Source: Rozella allomycis CSF55
Taxonomy: Eukaryota
NCBI GenBank assembly: GCA_000442015.1
Contig: KE560937.1
Span: 62,001-97,703 of the forward strand
Reading direction: 5' to 3'
Length of the DNA stretch: 35,703 nt
In this document: positions 1 to 14,208 of the stretch, piece by piece
Layout of the letters: each line of letters starts with the position of its first letter
Position numbering within the stretch: position 1 is the stretch's first letter
The notes under the pieces: model-generated
Databases searched by the model: none
What the model saw: the letters and a program-made list of their open reading frames with translations, nothing else
What the model was told of the DNA's origin: nothing
Program-made: the position numbers and the translations under genes

Positions 1-21
1 AGCGAAACAAAAGAATATGTA

Positions 22-1098
22 ATGTTTTTAAAAAATAACGAACTTTCTCCAAGGATGTCGAAGATAAAATCTCTAGCGTTGGCAAATGTAAAAGAAAATT
101 TCACGGTGGACAATCTGAATGATTTATTACGCCTTGGACTTGAGGAATTAATTTTATTGGAAAATTATTCAAATATATCAACACTTTTAAATTGTCAAGA
201 AATTCATCGCCTTAAATCTCTATTTGCTGATGCGGACTCTGTTCTCCACTTAATGCGTCGAGGTCCAACATTGCCAGCAAATTTGAGACGCTTAGGAATT
301 AAAATAGATACAAACGATACAATTGGTTCAATTAACAATGATACAATTTTTGATTTTTGCCTTTTTCCAAACTTGACATATTTAGATTTCTTTTGTGGCC
401 ATGCAAGTGTCCTATTTAGTGCGCACAAATTCCCAAATCTTAAAACTTTGATTGTACATAATTCTATAGTGTGTAAACAAATTTTGCAAGATCATTACAA
501 CATCGAATGTATCAAGCTTTACGATGTTCTTGCAACATTTATATCAGAATTCGTTTTTCCAGATACTCTCTTGGAGCTATCGCTTGTTGACTTTCAGTGT
601 GCCAAACCAAAAATATTCGTGGACGCTATAATAAAATCAAACATTATATCACTTACAATGAATAATGTTGATGAATATATTCTGAATTATCTTAGTGAAA
701 AGATAATGCTGAAAAGACTATCAAAACTGCGGCTTCATTTGAATTCTGAACAAGGATCGTTCTTAGTTGAATTTATATTAGATCCAATAATGCTGGAAAA
801 TTTGGAAGAGTTGGTATTAGATTGTGAATCGATTAACCATTCAGATTTGAGAATCTTGACAGAAAAATTCGAGGGTGCGAAAAAATTAAAGTGCTTGAAA
901 CTTTTAAGCATCCAATCTGGAATTGGGCGTCGAGGTGTAAATTACTGGAAGAAATGGCCTGTTATCCTTACTGAAACAACAAAAATTGTTTTGGAGGTTC
1001 GAGAAAAGGAAACAAGAAACCTAGCTTTGAGAGTCTTGTGCCCCCAGTATCAATTCAGGAGGGCACCTGGTTCCTATATTTTTGAATATCGTCGTTAA
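22..1098 (+). CDS. Intronless leucine-rich-repeat-like hypothetical protein (possibly 5'-partial)
   Basis: 358-aa ORF with repeated LxxLxL units (FPNLTYLDF, FPNLKTLIV, PDTLLELSL, LKRLSKLRL, LENLEELVL, KKLKCLKL). The frame is open from base 1, so the true start may lie upstream of the window. An AATAAA follows at about 1150. Confidence 0.6.
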   Translation: MFLKNNELSPRMSKIKSLALANVKENFTVDNLNDLLRLGLEELILLENYSNISTLLNCQEIHRLKSLFADADSVLHLMRRGPTLPANLRRLGIKIDTNDTIGSINNDTIFDFCLFPNLTYLDFFCGHASVLFSAHKFPNLKTLIVHNSIVCKQILQDHYNIECIKLYDVLATFISEFVFPDTLLELSLVDFQCAKPKIFVDAIIKSNIISLTMNNVDEYILNYLSEKIMLKRLSKLRLHLNSEQGSFLVEFILDPIMLENLEELVLDCESINHSDLRILTEKFEGAKKLKCLKLLSIQSGIGRRGVNYWKKWPVILTETTKIVLEVREKETRNLALRVLCPQYQFRRAPGSYIFEYRR

Positions 1099-1191
1099 TC
1101 TGACAGAAAACTTAAAAATGAAAATTGAATGTCCCAATTACTTTGAATTAATAAATCAAAGGAATTTTATATTTTATATTTCAAAAACTTT

Positions 1192-4100
1192 TTATTCATT
1201 GAGTTGACAGAGCAATGCAACGCCCCTGGAGATCCAATATTCCGAAGGCTTGTCAGAATTGAGAAATGCCGCTAGAACATAATTTGTAGATTGACCTGAA
1301 ATAAACATGAAATAATTTCAATACCAGTAGTTGACAAGGTGCCCGCTCTAGCAGATGTCTTGTACAGAGGACATTCATATAATTTTGAGTTTGGCGTGTA
1401 CTGGGGTGTTGGAATAAACTTTATGACGGGCATTGGACAGTACATTTGCATTGGCAGTGAATCTTGCAACAATTTCTTTTCGTTATCCCAACGAGCACCT
1501 TCGAGGTAGAGCCCATGCACAAGAGTTCCATCGTCATCGATATCCAAATCTGAAATTTCGTTTGCATCTTTTGATAGAACGGAAAATGAGAATGATAATT
1601 CGTCAATAGCAATTTTGTTTTTTCTTGCATAATTTTGAAGAATTCCCGTAAGAAAGCCTTTTATTAAGAAATCATGTTATTACCTTGAGGATAAAAGAAG
1701 CCAGAAAGCCAAAATGATTTGGGCTGCCCCTTTTCAATCCAATCAGCCATGAATTGAACTCTTTTCTGTAAATCTTTGAACCAAGATGCCAAAGGCTTTA
1801 ATGACGGGTAAGCAGCGTTTGACCAGATGAGCGGCACTTGATTGTTTAATAGACTGTAAAAGACCAAATCAAGTTCAGACGACATGACCACGAGCCCTTT
1901 GACTGCTTTTATTAAATTCTCCAAAGACGCGACGATAATTTGAAGTAGTTTATTAAAACGATGTGATTCATGAATAAGAACGGTCAATAAACAATTTTCT
2001 AGTCTTCCGTCTGAATCCACTTTCATTCTTTCGGGTGGTATTAATTCTGGATTTAGCAGTAGAGGCATATCACTGAGCATTGAAGAAGCGAGATCCAAGA
2101 CAATTTCATCTGGAGATTTACCAGCTGAGCCAGACAACAATCTTGGTTGCACGTCAACAACAGTTTGAATTAATCGTTTGGTTTCTTGCAATTGAAAACT
2201 AATGTTTGCGTTTTGATGCATTCCAAATATTTCAGGCTCTTCAGTTAATGGAAGTTTGTCAATGAAGGATCTTACTAGACTCAGATCACCTTCTGGGGCG
2301 TAATAAAATGGCAGTGAACAAAACTTGTAATTCTTTTCCAATATTTTTGGAGTGTAGAATCGCTGCAGAATACTTTTCAGTGTTCTTCTGTCCCAGTCGT
2401 CAGTTACTCTTCCACCAAAGATGATTTCATCAGTCATGTAGCGTAGAGAGTCCCATTGAATAGAATCATTTTCAGCAAGGGTATTTGAGAGAACAGCCAC
2501 AGCTACTTCCAAATCAGAGTTTGACCAATCATAAGGTATGTTCCAACCCAATGGACCAAACTTTTTTCTTTCGTGAATGATTGCATTAAAAAAACTGATA
2601 CCAAATAGCAAAGTTCTAAAAGTGGAGAGTTTAGGATGTTTATCAAAAACATCGTTAGAAATATCAAGAAAGAATCGTTGTAGATTAGCGCGTAAGCCTC
2701 TTGGCGGTTCATTTGTAACTTTGACTCCATCTTGTAGAATAGAAATAGGGAATACTTTTGAAGGCATTGAAGAAACAATTAATCTGAAATTTGGATGAAT
2801 TTGAGCATCAGCACTAGAAAATTCTTTAACGATGTTTTCAAATCTGGGCATCCACGAGGCAGCCAAGTGACAATTTTGTAGAAAGACCCATTCGCCAGTG
2901 TTTGTAGCTTTTTTGATTAGTTCTTCAGCAATAGTGCCTTGGCCTTGGCCAAGTGATATCATTGTAAGTTTATCTGAATAGCCAACATCTTTAGCGTATT
3001 TCAATAGAGCACTAATAGGATCAGAGCCTGGAGATAGAACAAATATTAAAGGAGAAGTAATGCTAGTGTCTTCAAATGTTTTTGCTAGATCAAAAGGTAC
3101 AGGGTCAACAAAACAAGATCCCAAATTTTCTTTAATGAATTCAAATGTAGATCCAATCACAGATTCTTCTCTTAGAATTTTTATTAAAATTAGAATATTG
3201 AAGCTTGTTAATCTATCAGAAACATCAACAGGCAGTCCACTCTTAAATGGTGTTTGAGAATCCATGAAATCATTAAACATTGAGGGATTGTTTGAAATCA
3301 AATCAAAAGATTGCTTGAATTGTGGCAGTGTTTGAGATAGATCAAAAATAGATTTCCAAATAGATTCAGTCAACCAAGATATTTCAGGTTTAGGGGGTGG
3401 CTTGGTTTGAATAGAAACGTTTCCTCTTAGAAAGAAATTCCATTCAGCATCAGTAATCAATCCCTTTTCTTTTAATATTTCAATACAGATTAGAAAAGAA
3501 AAGATTAGTTTGTGTTGTTCAAATAAACCTCTGGAAACATTGTTAAAGATTGAAATTGTAATATTCTCACATAGATCAAGAATGTGTTGGTCTAGAATAT
3601 CAGATTTAGGTGTGTTTATAATGCACGAATTGAATAAATTTTTGAAATATTTTAAAGAGAATTGATACATTGGATCTATTTCAGATAAATCAGAAATAAT
3701 GAAATAGAGAATGGAGCCTCTAATGGAAACAGGAAGATACGCTTCACGAGCTAAATTGATTTCAGCTTCAGTTTTCTCAGCTTGTTGAACTCTTTCTTGA
3801 ATAGCAGCACTAGTCACTTTGGACTGATTCAAAGCATCTATCAATTCTTCATCATCTAGAATATTCCCCTGTGAATTATAAAGCAATTTCAAAATCTTTT
3901 CTTCAATTTCTTTTAATTGTTTTTTATCTTCAGCCATTGACAGAATCAAATTGTTTCTTTGCTCTTCTAAATCTGGTCGTTCTAGTTTAACAACGTCACC
4001 CAACAATTGACCAGTTAAACCAACTTTGGTGACAGTAAAATTTATTATTGTAACTTTAATACAAACTTCAGGCAGATAATGAGGATTTGATAGTTTAGTT

Positions 4101-7100
4101 GTCATGTAAAATCTAAAATTCTTGTCATAATCAACATCAGCATCACCCAATCTAATTAACACTCTACCCCCTTGCTTAAAGGTTTGTTTCAACAACAGGG
4201 GCTCCAATGCAGGGTCTAATGTTTCACCCACATCTTCCAATAAAACAGGATTTCCCAATCTAATCGCATTTTCCAAATTTCTTAAAAATTTTGGATCGTT
4301 TAATTTTATTATTTTCAATCCATTGTTCATCTCCATATTTCTAATCCATCTATTAGCTTGTCCAGATGGATCTATCATCAATGGCCATCTTCTACCCCTG
4401 GAAACTAGAATACCATTCTCTATAGACAAATCATCATTAGGCAATCCTTTTAAATTCCATTCTCTAATCAACACTTGATCTCCCAATTGTTTGGTTAAAT
4501 TAAAACTAGATGAAACTGGAATACCCAATTCTTGGCACTTTGTTACCCACTTTTGTCCCAATGTCAATCTATAACTAGATGTAAACGCTCCAAAGTATGC
4601 AACCCCAGCTGCTGCTAGAAATATATTCCCTACAACATCATTAATCTCTTGATCCAAAATTTTAACTGACTCTGTCCATCTAACTTGCTCTTCAGCTAAT
4701 GCAGATGTCAACTTGCTAGCTCTTGTTAATCTATTAGAAGTCTCTGCCATTTTATCTTGCAGATTCTTTTTTGATGCCAAACTGGTTTCATATTTCTGCT
4801 TCAAATTCTTCAATTGACTTTCAACTTGTGCCAACGCATTTGCCTTTTCTTGCAGCTTTGATTTCATTTCTTCTAACGCTAATTGTGCATCTTCTAACTT
4901 TTTCTTTTTAGGCACAACTTCTTTAAAAACCCTTGCATAAATATCCATCGCTCTAACCCACATGCACATTGATTTACACGCCTTTGATACCTTTTCTACA
5001 TTCTCTGGAGTAAACACTGGATTGTCAATATATTTCTTAATCTTCTTAATCACTGCCTCTGGAATGTTATCTTTATCATAGCTCATCATATTCTTTAAAA
5101 ATTGTGAATCTGAAAGCAACTTTTTACTAGACTCCCAATCTGGCTTCACTTTAAACAAAATACAAACAGCTTCCATCACAGTCATTACAAGTTCTGGGGG
5201 TTTAGTAAACGCCTTCATTTCAGCTACATCCTTTTTATCCAAATTATCCAACGCTGAATACGCGGCTTCTAACGCTGGCAACGCTTCATCCAAATCTTTT
5301 TGTGCATCAGCTGCTATTTGTTCTGTTAAAACTGCCTTTTCTTTCACAATTGCTTCTTCTTCTCTCACAGTCTTTTTCACACCATCAGCCACTTGTTGAT
5401 CTTTGGAAATTTGTGAAATCAAAACTTCAACATCTTCCGCCTTTTGTTTTAATTCTGGTTTCAGATTCTCCAACTCTATTTGCATCTTTGCAACAATTTC
5501 ATTTGTTTCCTGCAACTTGTTCAATCCATTCTTCAATCTATCTCTATTAGAAACTAATTCTCTCTTCTTTTCTGATAACATTAAAGTATACAAATTAATC
5601 AACTCTAAATAACTAGTTGGTGTTGTGTAATATCTTCTTCTCAACTCTTGATAAAACTGTTCAGCAATCGTTTGCACACTTGTATGAATTTCGACGCACA
5701 TTTCAGCTATTTTATTTTTCAATTCAGGTTGACCTAGATCCACAAACTCTAGAAATCTAGATGAAACAGACAGCAAAGCTTCTTTGGGCCAAACATCAAA
5801 CCAATCTATCGTGCAACAATTAACAAGCGATGGGAACATTCTACACCTATTTCTAAATGATTCTCCAACTGGTGACATGGCCAACACGATATGCAAATTA
5901 TCTCTCACTCTATTAATAAAGAACTGCTGCACACTATCTCTATCCTCTCCATAGCCCTTATCTTTAGCCTTTTGCCTCAACTCTCCCAAAATTCTTTCCC
6001 TCTCTTCAAAATCAAATAGATTTGGTATCTCTCCTGTATTCAAAATACTATTAATATCTTCCAGAAATGACTCTGATTTGAATTGCGTATCTGATATCAA
6101 AAATACTGTATTCTTTCCTTCCAGCCCAGCAAACCTATACAGCCTCTTTATATCTTCTCTCCATTCATTAGTCCCATAAGTTCTAGTCAATTCTATTTGA
6201 ATGCATCGATACTCACAAATATGACACGCTAATCTAGTCAATGATTGCTTTCCCGTTCCTCCAACTCCAACCAACAATGCATTGCCTCGTGGCTGATTAA
6301 TCACTCTGCTAATCCTTGACAAGTGTTGTTTAGCATCCATGAAAAATATCAGTCTCATTTGTTTAGATGACAAAGTATTATATTCTTCCAAATAATCTTC
6401 CAAAACATTCTCCATCACTTTCTTATCTTTTATTTCTTCATAATTCTTATCATCTTGTGATGCTCCTCTCTTCATGAAATCTCCAAATATTATGGGATCT
6501 TCTACCATGCTCTCTTTACTAATCCCCTGTCCAAAATTCTTTTCTGTTAGCTCAGACAATATTGAATAGAAATAACTCTTGTCATTAAAATCAATCAATC
6601 TGTCATGAAACACCCTCGAACATTCATGACAAAACAACCTCGTCATATCCACCCTTGTCTTTATTATATTCGGCTTTGCTTGTGTTATGCCTTGAATCAC
6701 TTTGGATAAATCTCTCATATTAAACGTATAATGCGATTTATCTAATCAATGTGTTTAACCTATTTTACTTGGTGTTGGTAACAATTCTGAACACATTCTC
6801 TTGTAGATTTCAACACTGCTAGAAACAATCGCATCAATACCTTTTCTACATTAACAAATACACTTACATGTTTGAACATCACTCTCAAACTTTTCTAAAA
6901 ATCCCTCAACTATAGACTTGAATATGCGGACTTGACTAACTTCTGATGGAGTGGCAATGGAAAAAACATTGAAATGTCTAATCAGCCGCTGCGTAATAGT
7001 ATTCCTTCCACCGCCTATTCAATGTCACAATATATTCATTACCCGGTGGCGCACATGCTCCAATTATTACTACATCTTGAATCTTCTTCCAAAATAGCTT

Positions 7101-10100
7101 ATCTCTATCATAAACACCGCCAAAATCTAAATATTGTCGAACAAGTTCCAACGGTGGCTGAGATCCGTAAGTATCCTTTTTAGGCATATTCAAATCATCA
7201 ATAAACATGACAATCTTTGAATTATTTGGAGCACCGAGAATATTTTTTCTCTTCTTTTCAAGCTTCAGTTCTAAAATCTGCTGTGTCATGGCTGAAGTAG
7301 TTTGTGCAGAAAAGTTCAAATTGGCTTGCAAATATCCCCTGTTCTTTGTCAATTTATTCAAACAATCCATTATCATGAATGACTTTCCAACTCCAGTAGT
7401 TCCAGATATTAATGTGGGGTGATCATGATTTATTAGATACTCTAAAAAGAAGCTATAACGAACAGTGTCAACAGTTGGGACCATGATTTGAAAAAATGGG
7501 ACTGATTGGTCAAAACTAAAGGAGGGAACAAGCTCATCCCAAGGTTGGAATCTCTTCTTCTTAAAGTCCACATAGTATGAATAAACAGATTGTTGCGATG
7601 GAATGCTGAAATCACTGACAATGTTATTATCAAGGGTCTCACGGGCAAAAGTATCAAATGAATCATGACATCCATCAGCCAAGTTGCCTCCAATAGACCA
7701 AATATAAGCAAATGAAAAAATATAACCAAACAAGGACTTCAAATCTGCTGTAGATTGGTTATATTCAATTTCATCTTTTCTTTCCAATTGCGTTTCAAGA
7801 ATTTTACACAATGAAGCAACCAAATTCACATTCACAGTTGAAATGTATTCTTTGCAATTCTTTCTAACAAACTTCAATCCAACATCAACAAACTGATCAA
7901 AAAAGGACATTAAAACTTCTTTGTGTTCATCATTAATATAATCAGGTAAACCTTTCATCCATTTCTTTACATATGGCTGCCAACCAAGAATCATTGGATC
8001 TAAATAGACCATCCCACAGCGACTAACAGTGGCAGGTGATGCAACAGCCAAATCTGAAACTTCAAAGACCATGTGGATAGTATTATTCAGTTTAATTCGT
8101 TCTCCATTAGTTAAACAAAGCAATTTATTATCATCTAAAACAGTATTCATATTTTCAATCCACAATGCATCTACTGGACCATCACACACGATCCATTTCT
8201 CATCGCTTGTTGTATCAGAAACTTGCGCTCTCACTATATTCCCCATCAAACCATCTTTCCATTCCATTGTAGCTAAATTAAACTCTCCATACAATTCTGC
8301 CATTGTTATACACTTTGGATTCAATACAAACGTTCTAACTTTTTGATAATCTGGATTATTCGGATCTCTTTCCTTTAATTTAGTCAATGCAGATGCTAAT
8401 ATTTCATAATTAGTTGTCTTTCCACTTCCAGTAGGCCCAACAAGCATAACACCATGACGAACTTTCATTGTTTCATACAACTGAATAACTCTCTCAACAA
8501 ACGCTGGAACAATATCCAACTTTCTTTCTGTCATTGAATCTTGAATAGCATTCAACAAAACACCGTAATCCAAAGGTGGAACTGTAACTGCTGGAAACAA
8601 ATCATTCAAAATTCCTTTAAACAGTGGAATATCATCAGCTAAGAATTTTGGCAGATTGGAATCTCTTAATGATCTAATCAATGCAACATCTTCATTCAGA
8701 TTTGGACTTGCTCTCTTCAATGCGCCAGCCATATTAACTGTAGATTTCACAGCTCTCATTCCAAAATCATAGTGATCCTGTTGAGACAATTGTTCACTAC
8801 ACAGTTTATACAAATTGACCAATTTTCTTGACAAAATCTTTGCGTTTTCAAAGCCTTCTGAAAACAAAATAATTTCAGCAATCAAAGCATAATCAGGAAC
8901 TTTATAAAATTAACAAACAAAAGTTACTCATCATAGCAATCGGTCTAAACAATGCCTTCAAATTATCAGGCAATTCAGTTCTTCCAGCATATCCACTATT
9001 TTCAAATCAACAAGAGAAATTACGGATTCATTGTAATATAAGAGTTACAAGTTTGTATTAATCGAATGTCTTTTCCTTCAAAAATAAATCTATGCACTTT
9101 GGCATCCTTTGCTCTCTTGATTGTTAACAGTTGTTGCGCGACAACAGACAAAACTTCTACATTGATTCTATTAAACTCATCAAAACAGGCCCACGCTCCT
9201 GATTGCGCTAATCCTGCAAAAAACTTGCCCATCATTTTATAATCCAATGCATCACTACAATTAAACACAACACATTGTCTAGCAACAGCCTTTGCTAAAT
9301 CTTTAACAGTCTCAGTCTTTCCTGTTCCCGCAGGCCCTAGCGGTGATCCTCCCAAGTTCAATTGAATAGCACTTGTAAGCGTCATGTAACAGCGATCAGT
9401 CAATGGTGTAATAACAAGTCTTGGTGAGCATCCAAGATATTCATATCCATATTCAAATGTTGAATTAGTCATCTTCACAACACACGAATCATTCTCAGCA
9501 TCCCAATAATATCTCAACTGCTTGTTCCATTCAAAATCATTTTGATCATTCACTCGGCTATTAATTAAGCCTATCAATATATCTCTTGCATGAACTTCTA
9601 TTGTTATTAAAGCACCAAGTTTTCCTCTATTCAATCTAGATAAGTTTCCACGGACCATAGTTGCAAGTTTAATCAGATTCTTTTAAGTTAACAATAATTA
9701 AATTACCTGTACGCATTTATCTTTATACTTTTGAAGACTTGATAACACTTTGTTAGATTTTAAACACTCCGTAACGTCTCTACACCAAATTATTTGTGAA
9801 ACTGCTAATACAATCTGTCCAGGCTGACTTAATATCCACTCATCTCTAGGCATTCTCTCATACTCGGTCAATCCAGTTTTAATAGCCTTCCTAACTGTAT
9901 TGTACATGCCATCTTCAACAGACGATAACCATGATTCAACATTTCCTCTAGCCTTCACAGTCTTAATAAACGCGAGTCTTTCACCCTCAGGTGACATCAT
10001 GGCTAAAATATCAATGCTCTTGGGTTCACTTGAAAATTCCAGTGATTTAATTGCATCAAAACATTTGCTCAAATGTGGCTGAACAGCAAGCGGATTTCTT

Positions 10101-13100
10101 GTTTGAGACAAAATTTCAATCAACTCATCATTACCTAAATTGTTACTTGTTTTAAAACGTACTGAGAAAATAAGCACGGGGAAATAGCAATCTTTTAGAT
10201 TCAAGGTACTCTTCCAAACATTTTTGAATCTTTTCTAATAATTGATTATTCTGTTGCATAGTCTCCAATAGTCCTGACACCGTTCCTGCTTTGATTGCAA
10301 GTGGGTTTCGGCTTGTTTTTCTCATTATATCTTTCCATGACTTATCAACTTGTGAAAACATCTTGGATTCTTCAGGTAGCTGTCTTTGAATATCAGGAGC
10401 ACTAAAAATGGTTTCCAAGTACAACCAACTACGTTGACATGCTATCCATTCTTCCAAAGTTTCTGAAAATAGAGCAAGCTGTTTATCCCATCTTTCAACT
10501 TCATTCTTGATCGGGCCATTATGTCTAGATCCTCTAATTGTCGCTACAATCACTTGACTATCTTCCAACTGGGCACCAATTTCATCAACACCGCCCAAAA
10601 TAAAAACATCCTGTTTAAGTTATTCTTTGATAATTTACTTTGTAGTCTCGATATGGCAAGACAGTAAATTCAAGCTCTCCCCACGTTTTCTGGACTTTGG
10701 ACAACATTTCTTCCAACGCTGCTTCTGATGAAGCTTGAGCAGATATAGCAGAAATATCCTCTTTGAACAAGAACACATTCATATCATTAAGATTTCCAAG
10801 TGTAAATGTTTCATCTTTGGCAATAACTTTTCCAATAACTTCTTGAATCTTTTCCCAGTGTCTAGGTTTCAAGGCCTGGTTTCTCAAATCCACAATCGTT
10901 GGGTATATCTGACGAAACTCTTCCACCTTTGATCGCAATTTCGGGACAACTTCATTAGGAGGAAGTCCTTTTTCCACTTGAACAACCGTCTTCAAATAAG
11001 ACAAAATCTTGTTATTCATATCTTCAATATCCAATTTTTCAAATGGCATCTCACGCCAATTTCTAAAGTTGATAGAAAAGTTTATCTTTACTTTACTAGA
11101 GAATCAAACTCTTCAAAGGAAGTCCACAATGTCTTTTTTATAGTTAAATCATGAAGTGTTTCATCCACTTCAGTAAATTTGGAAGCAGTCATCTTAAAGT
11201 CTTTTTGATATGAAATGTAAGAATCGGAAAGTTTTTGTTGCTTATTTAAGGAGCTCAAAAGGTCATCAATATAGTTTATCACAGTTGAAGAGGCAGACGT
11301 TGGATTGAGAATCAAGGAATCTTGAGCCTTGTTTTTAATGTCATTGACTTCTGCCAACATTTCATTAACATTCTTCTCAAGCTCAAATGAAAACTTTTGT
11401 ATATTTTCTTCTTTGGCATCTTCAAATATTTCAATACAATCCTTTAATTGCCTAGATGTTGGGACCAGAGTTTGATATAAAGCAAGCTCTGTGGGTGAAA
11501 TATTGACATTGTATTCTTCCACTAAACTATAAAACTTCACGGTTTCTTCAATTCTGTCTTCCAATGAAGCCATTATTGATTTCACTTTTTAAAAAGAAAC
11601 ATAGAACAATTACCATAATCAAGGTGATGTAAATTATCAACAAATGATTCTACCGACATCGGATTAGATTTTAGAATTCTGATAGATTCATTCAATTCAA
11701 CCAAAAGCTTTTCATTTTTAGAATGCGCAAGTTTTGGTAAAAGAACTTCCAAGTAGTTAAAGCACCTGATCGGTGATGGCAAGAGAAGTTTCTGTAAATT
11801 AACACTATCAATTAACATATTGCCAACTTGGCATGAAGTTTGAATTGATTCCATTTCTTTCCTTTGAGCTGTATACTTTTTCAATGCCCCTTCAAAAAAC
11901 TCCAAACTCAAATCCTGGCTTTCAATACTCTCCATTGTGATTGTAAGATTTTCATTAAACATTTTTACGTATTGATCAAAAGTATGAGCAAAATGGTTAG
12001 CCAAATTGAAGTTGCCCGATAAGACACCTTTCATACGATTAAATAGCACCTGAAAATAAACGTCATCTAATACAATTTCAAAAACATTGGGTCCATCAGA
12101 GAAACTAGCCTCGTCCAAAAGTTCCTTTTTGTCAATATATGTTACACTAGAACAAAGGGGTGTGAAATTTTCTAATATGTTAACAAAACTTTTCGATATT
12201 TTTTCCAATCCATTTAAGAATTCGTTGTATGAAGGTAAGAATTCTAATGTGGACTCATTCATGGTAATCTCGGTCCTGAACATTGGAGAATCATGATTCA
12301 TTTTCTTCTGCATATCCGTCTTATTAGTTTTTAACAAAAATGATTCTTGCTTAATTATATCAATAAGGGTTGAAGTCTTCAGGGTCCACAGAAAATGTTG
12401 ATTGCTTTCAGTAGAATCATTGACCACGTTTTCATCCGTAAAATGACGGAACAAGAGAACAACTAAATCATTCATAGATGATATTGAGACAGCCTGCAAT
12501 GCATTAACCACAAGGTAATCTGACATTTTTACGAATCTTTGTAATCTAAAGGACATTTTTCTTTTTGCCGCTCTTTCTGTATAAACCATCTTAACGGGCT
12601 CCATGGCTTCTTTAGAGCTTCCCTTCCTAGCCTTTTTCTCTCTTGAAGAGGAACTAGAAGATCTCTTGGAATATGAACTTTCAAACTGCTCCTTGGTCTT
12701 CAACGTAAAAGATTTTATGCACTCTTCACAGCAATCACTAATTAATTTTTCAACCTGGCTCCTAAAATCATTAAGATTGCTAACTGAATGCTTCACGGAG
12801 TCCTCATGTTGTTTAATGAATACTGGAAGATCATAAGTAATTTCCTTTTGAATCGCATGAAATCTCAAAAACTTGAAATTTTGGCATACTTTCCTAACTT
12901 CTAGCAAAGGTTTGCAAAGCCTTGAATCAACAATAAAGAGATTTTCTGTTAAGTACTTTTTAGCTTCATCTATCTTCTTTCCTCGCACATGCTTCCTCCA
13001 AGATGTAAAACATTTCCAAGATCTATACTTTGAAAAGAACGGGATTTTAATTATTTTGTTAAAAAGATGGTATTCACGAATCCACTGATGCAAAGCAGTG

Positions 13101-13684
13101 AATTCTGCCTTTCCTTGGACAAAATGTGTTACTCCCTATGGTTCATATATATTTTTCGTTACCTTTGCTGATAAAGTATAAAAATTTTGCTTGTCGATTT
13201 CTAAGAAATCTACAATAGTCAAATCATACGGATTAAACCTTCCATTTTCTTGAACATTTGGAACCATGTAAACAAACTCCGTGGATTGCTTTTCTTTATT
13301 AATCTTTTCTATGAAATCAAGAGGATTTCTGAGTTTTTGCTGATAAACCTTCCTCTCGACTTTTGACTTAAGGGTCTCAACTTTGTATTCGGTCGTCACT
13401 TTGTTTTCAAATTGGTCAATCGGTGGTAACTGAGACTTTCTTAAAGACACTGACATTTCCCCGTAGTTATCATAACTGATTGGTTTGTATGTGCGTCTCA
13501 TCTTCAGTATTTTGTCGTCAACCCGACTTCCAGTCCTCTTTCCAGCTGCTCTGTTAACAAAATCAGGTATTGCATATAGCCTTGATTCCAGGATTTTGGA
13601 TATATCACTGCTACTTTGAGGTTTTACTAAATTTGTTGGAATAGATGGAAGAAAGCTTTTTGGTTGGTATTCTTTGTTATCCAT
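1192..13684 (-). CDS. DNAH6: Axonemal dynein heavy chain, single-headed inner-arm type (DNAH6-like), about 4040 aa, 14 exons
   Basis: The ORF pieces join through 13 GT-AG introns of 26-29 nt (e.g. 13162-13136, 11613-11585). P-loops: [10 protein letters not shown] (AAA1), [25 protein letters not shown]. Also [24 protein letters not shown], stalk/[14 protein letters not shown] and C-terminal [13 protein letters not shown]...[11 protein letters not shown]. Start assigned to MDNKEY (ATG at 13684). The subfamily call comes from recalled motifs only. Confidence 0.93.
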
Positions 13685-13831
13685 ATAGTAAACAAACAAA
13701 AAAGTCCGGCAATCAACATTAAAGAAATTCATATTTAAGAAATAAAATAGGATTATAATAAGGATTAAAGGATATTGAATTTCATCTCAAAACAAAATAA
13801 CAACTTAAAATAATTGGGGGTTATTCACCAT

Positions 13832-13879
13832 GTCACTTTACATAAAAATACATAAGTCACATTACATAAAAATACATAA
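13832..13879. repeat. 24-bp tandem duplication (2 copies, 1 mismatch) upstream of the dynein start
   Basis: gtcactttacataaaaatacataa (13832-13855) is followed directly by gtcacattacataaaaatacataa (13856-13879). Confidence 0.85.
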
Positions 13880-14208
13880 ATGGTAAAAATATTAAAAGAC
13901 TTTACCAAGGTTAAATGTTTGCTGCATGGTTGTTTCTCATAATTAAGAGCCAAACTAGTGACTATTACAAGACGATAGAATATGCTGCTTTTCTCAGCCG
14001 CAGGGCGAGATCTTTGTCCATCCTGACGCGGAAGTGTACAGTATGAAATCCCCGGAGGGAACTGCTTCGTTTGTCCAGATGTTAATCTATGAAAAGTCTA
14101 AATTTCTCAAATAATTTTTAATCCAAAATTTTCATAGGTTATGGCTATTAATGCAAACAGACCTGTCGTCATCTTCGATTTTTATTTTTCGTTAGTTTTA
14201 AGACAAAA

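Noticed and set aside
10100-10165. AG|GTAA at the start of a dynein exon (also at about 14430 in the GT gene) as another recursive site
   Set aside because: The bases after the AG are needed as coding sequence (LSNDEL; VNESNYPTD) and no AG follows at modal distance.
1664-13732. Dynein ORF fragments read as separate genes, frameshifts or a pseudogene
   Set aside because: Every break is bridged by a canonical 26-29 nt GT-AG intron that restores conserved motifs.
13824-13837. RFX X-box-like sequence upstream of dynein
   Set aside because: The match to GTNRCC-N-RGYAAC is too degenerate to support.
14045-14058. GAAATCCCCGGA resembling the RNase MRP CR-I/P4 strand
   Set aside because: No downstream complementary GGGGC/CR-V segment was found.
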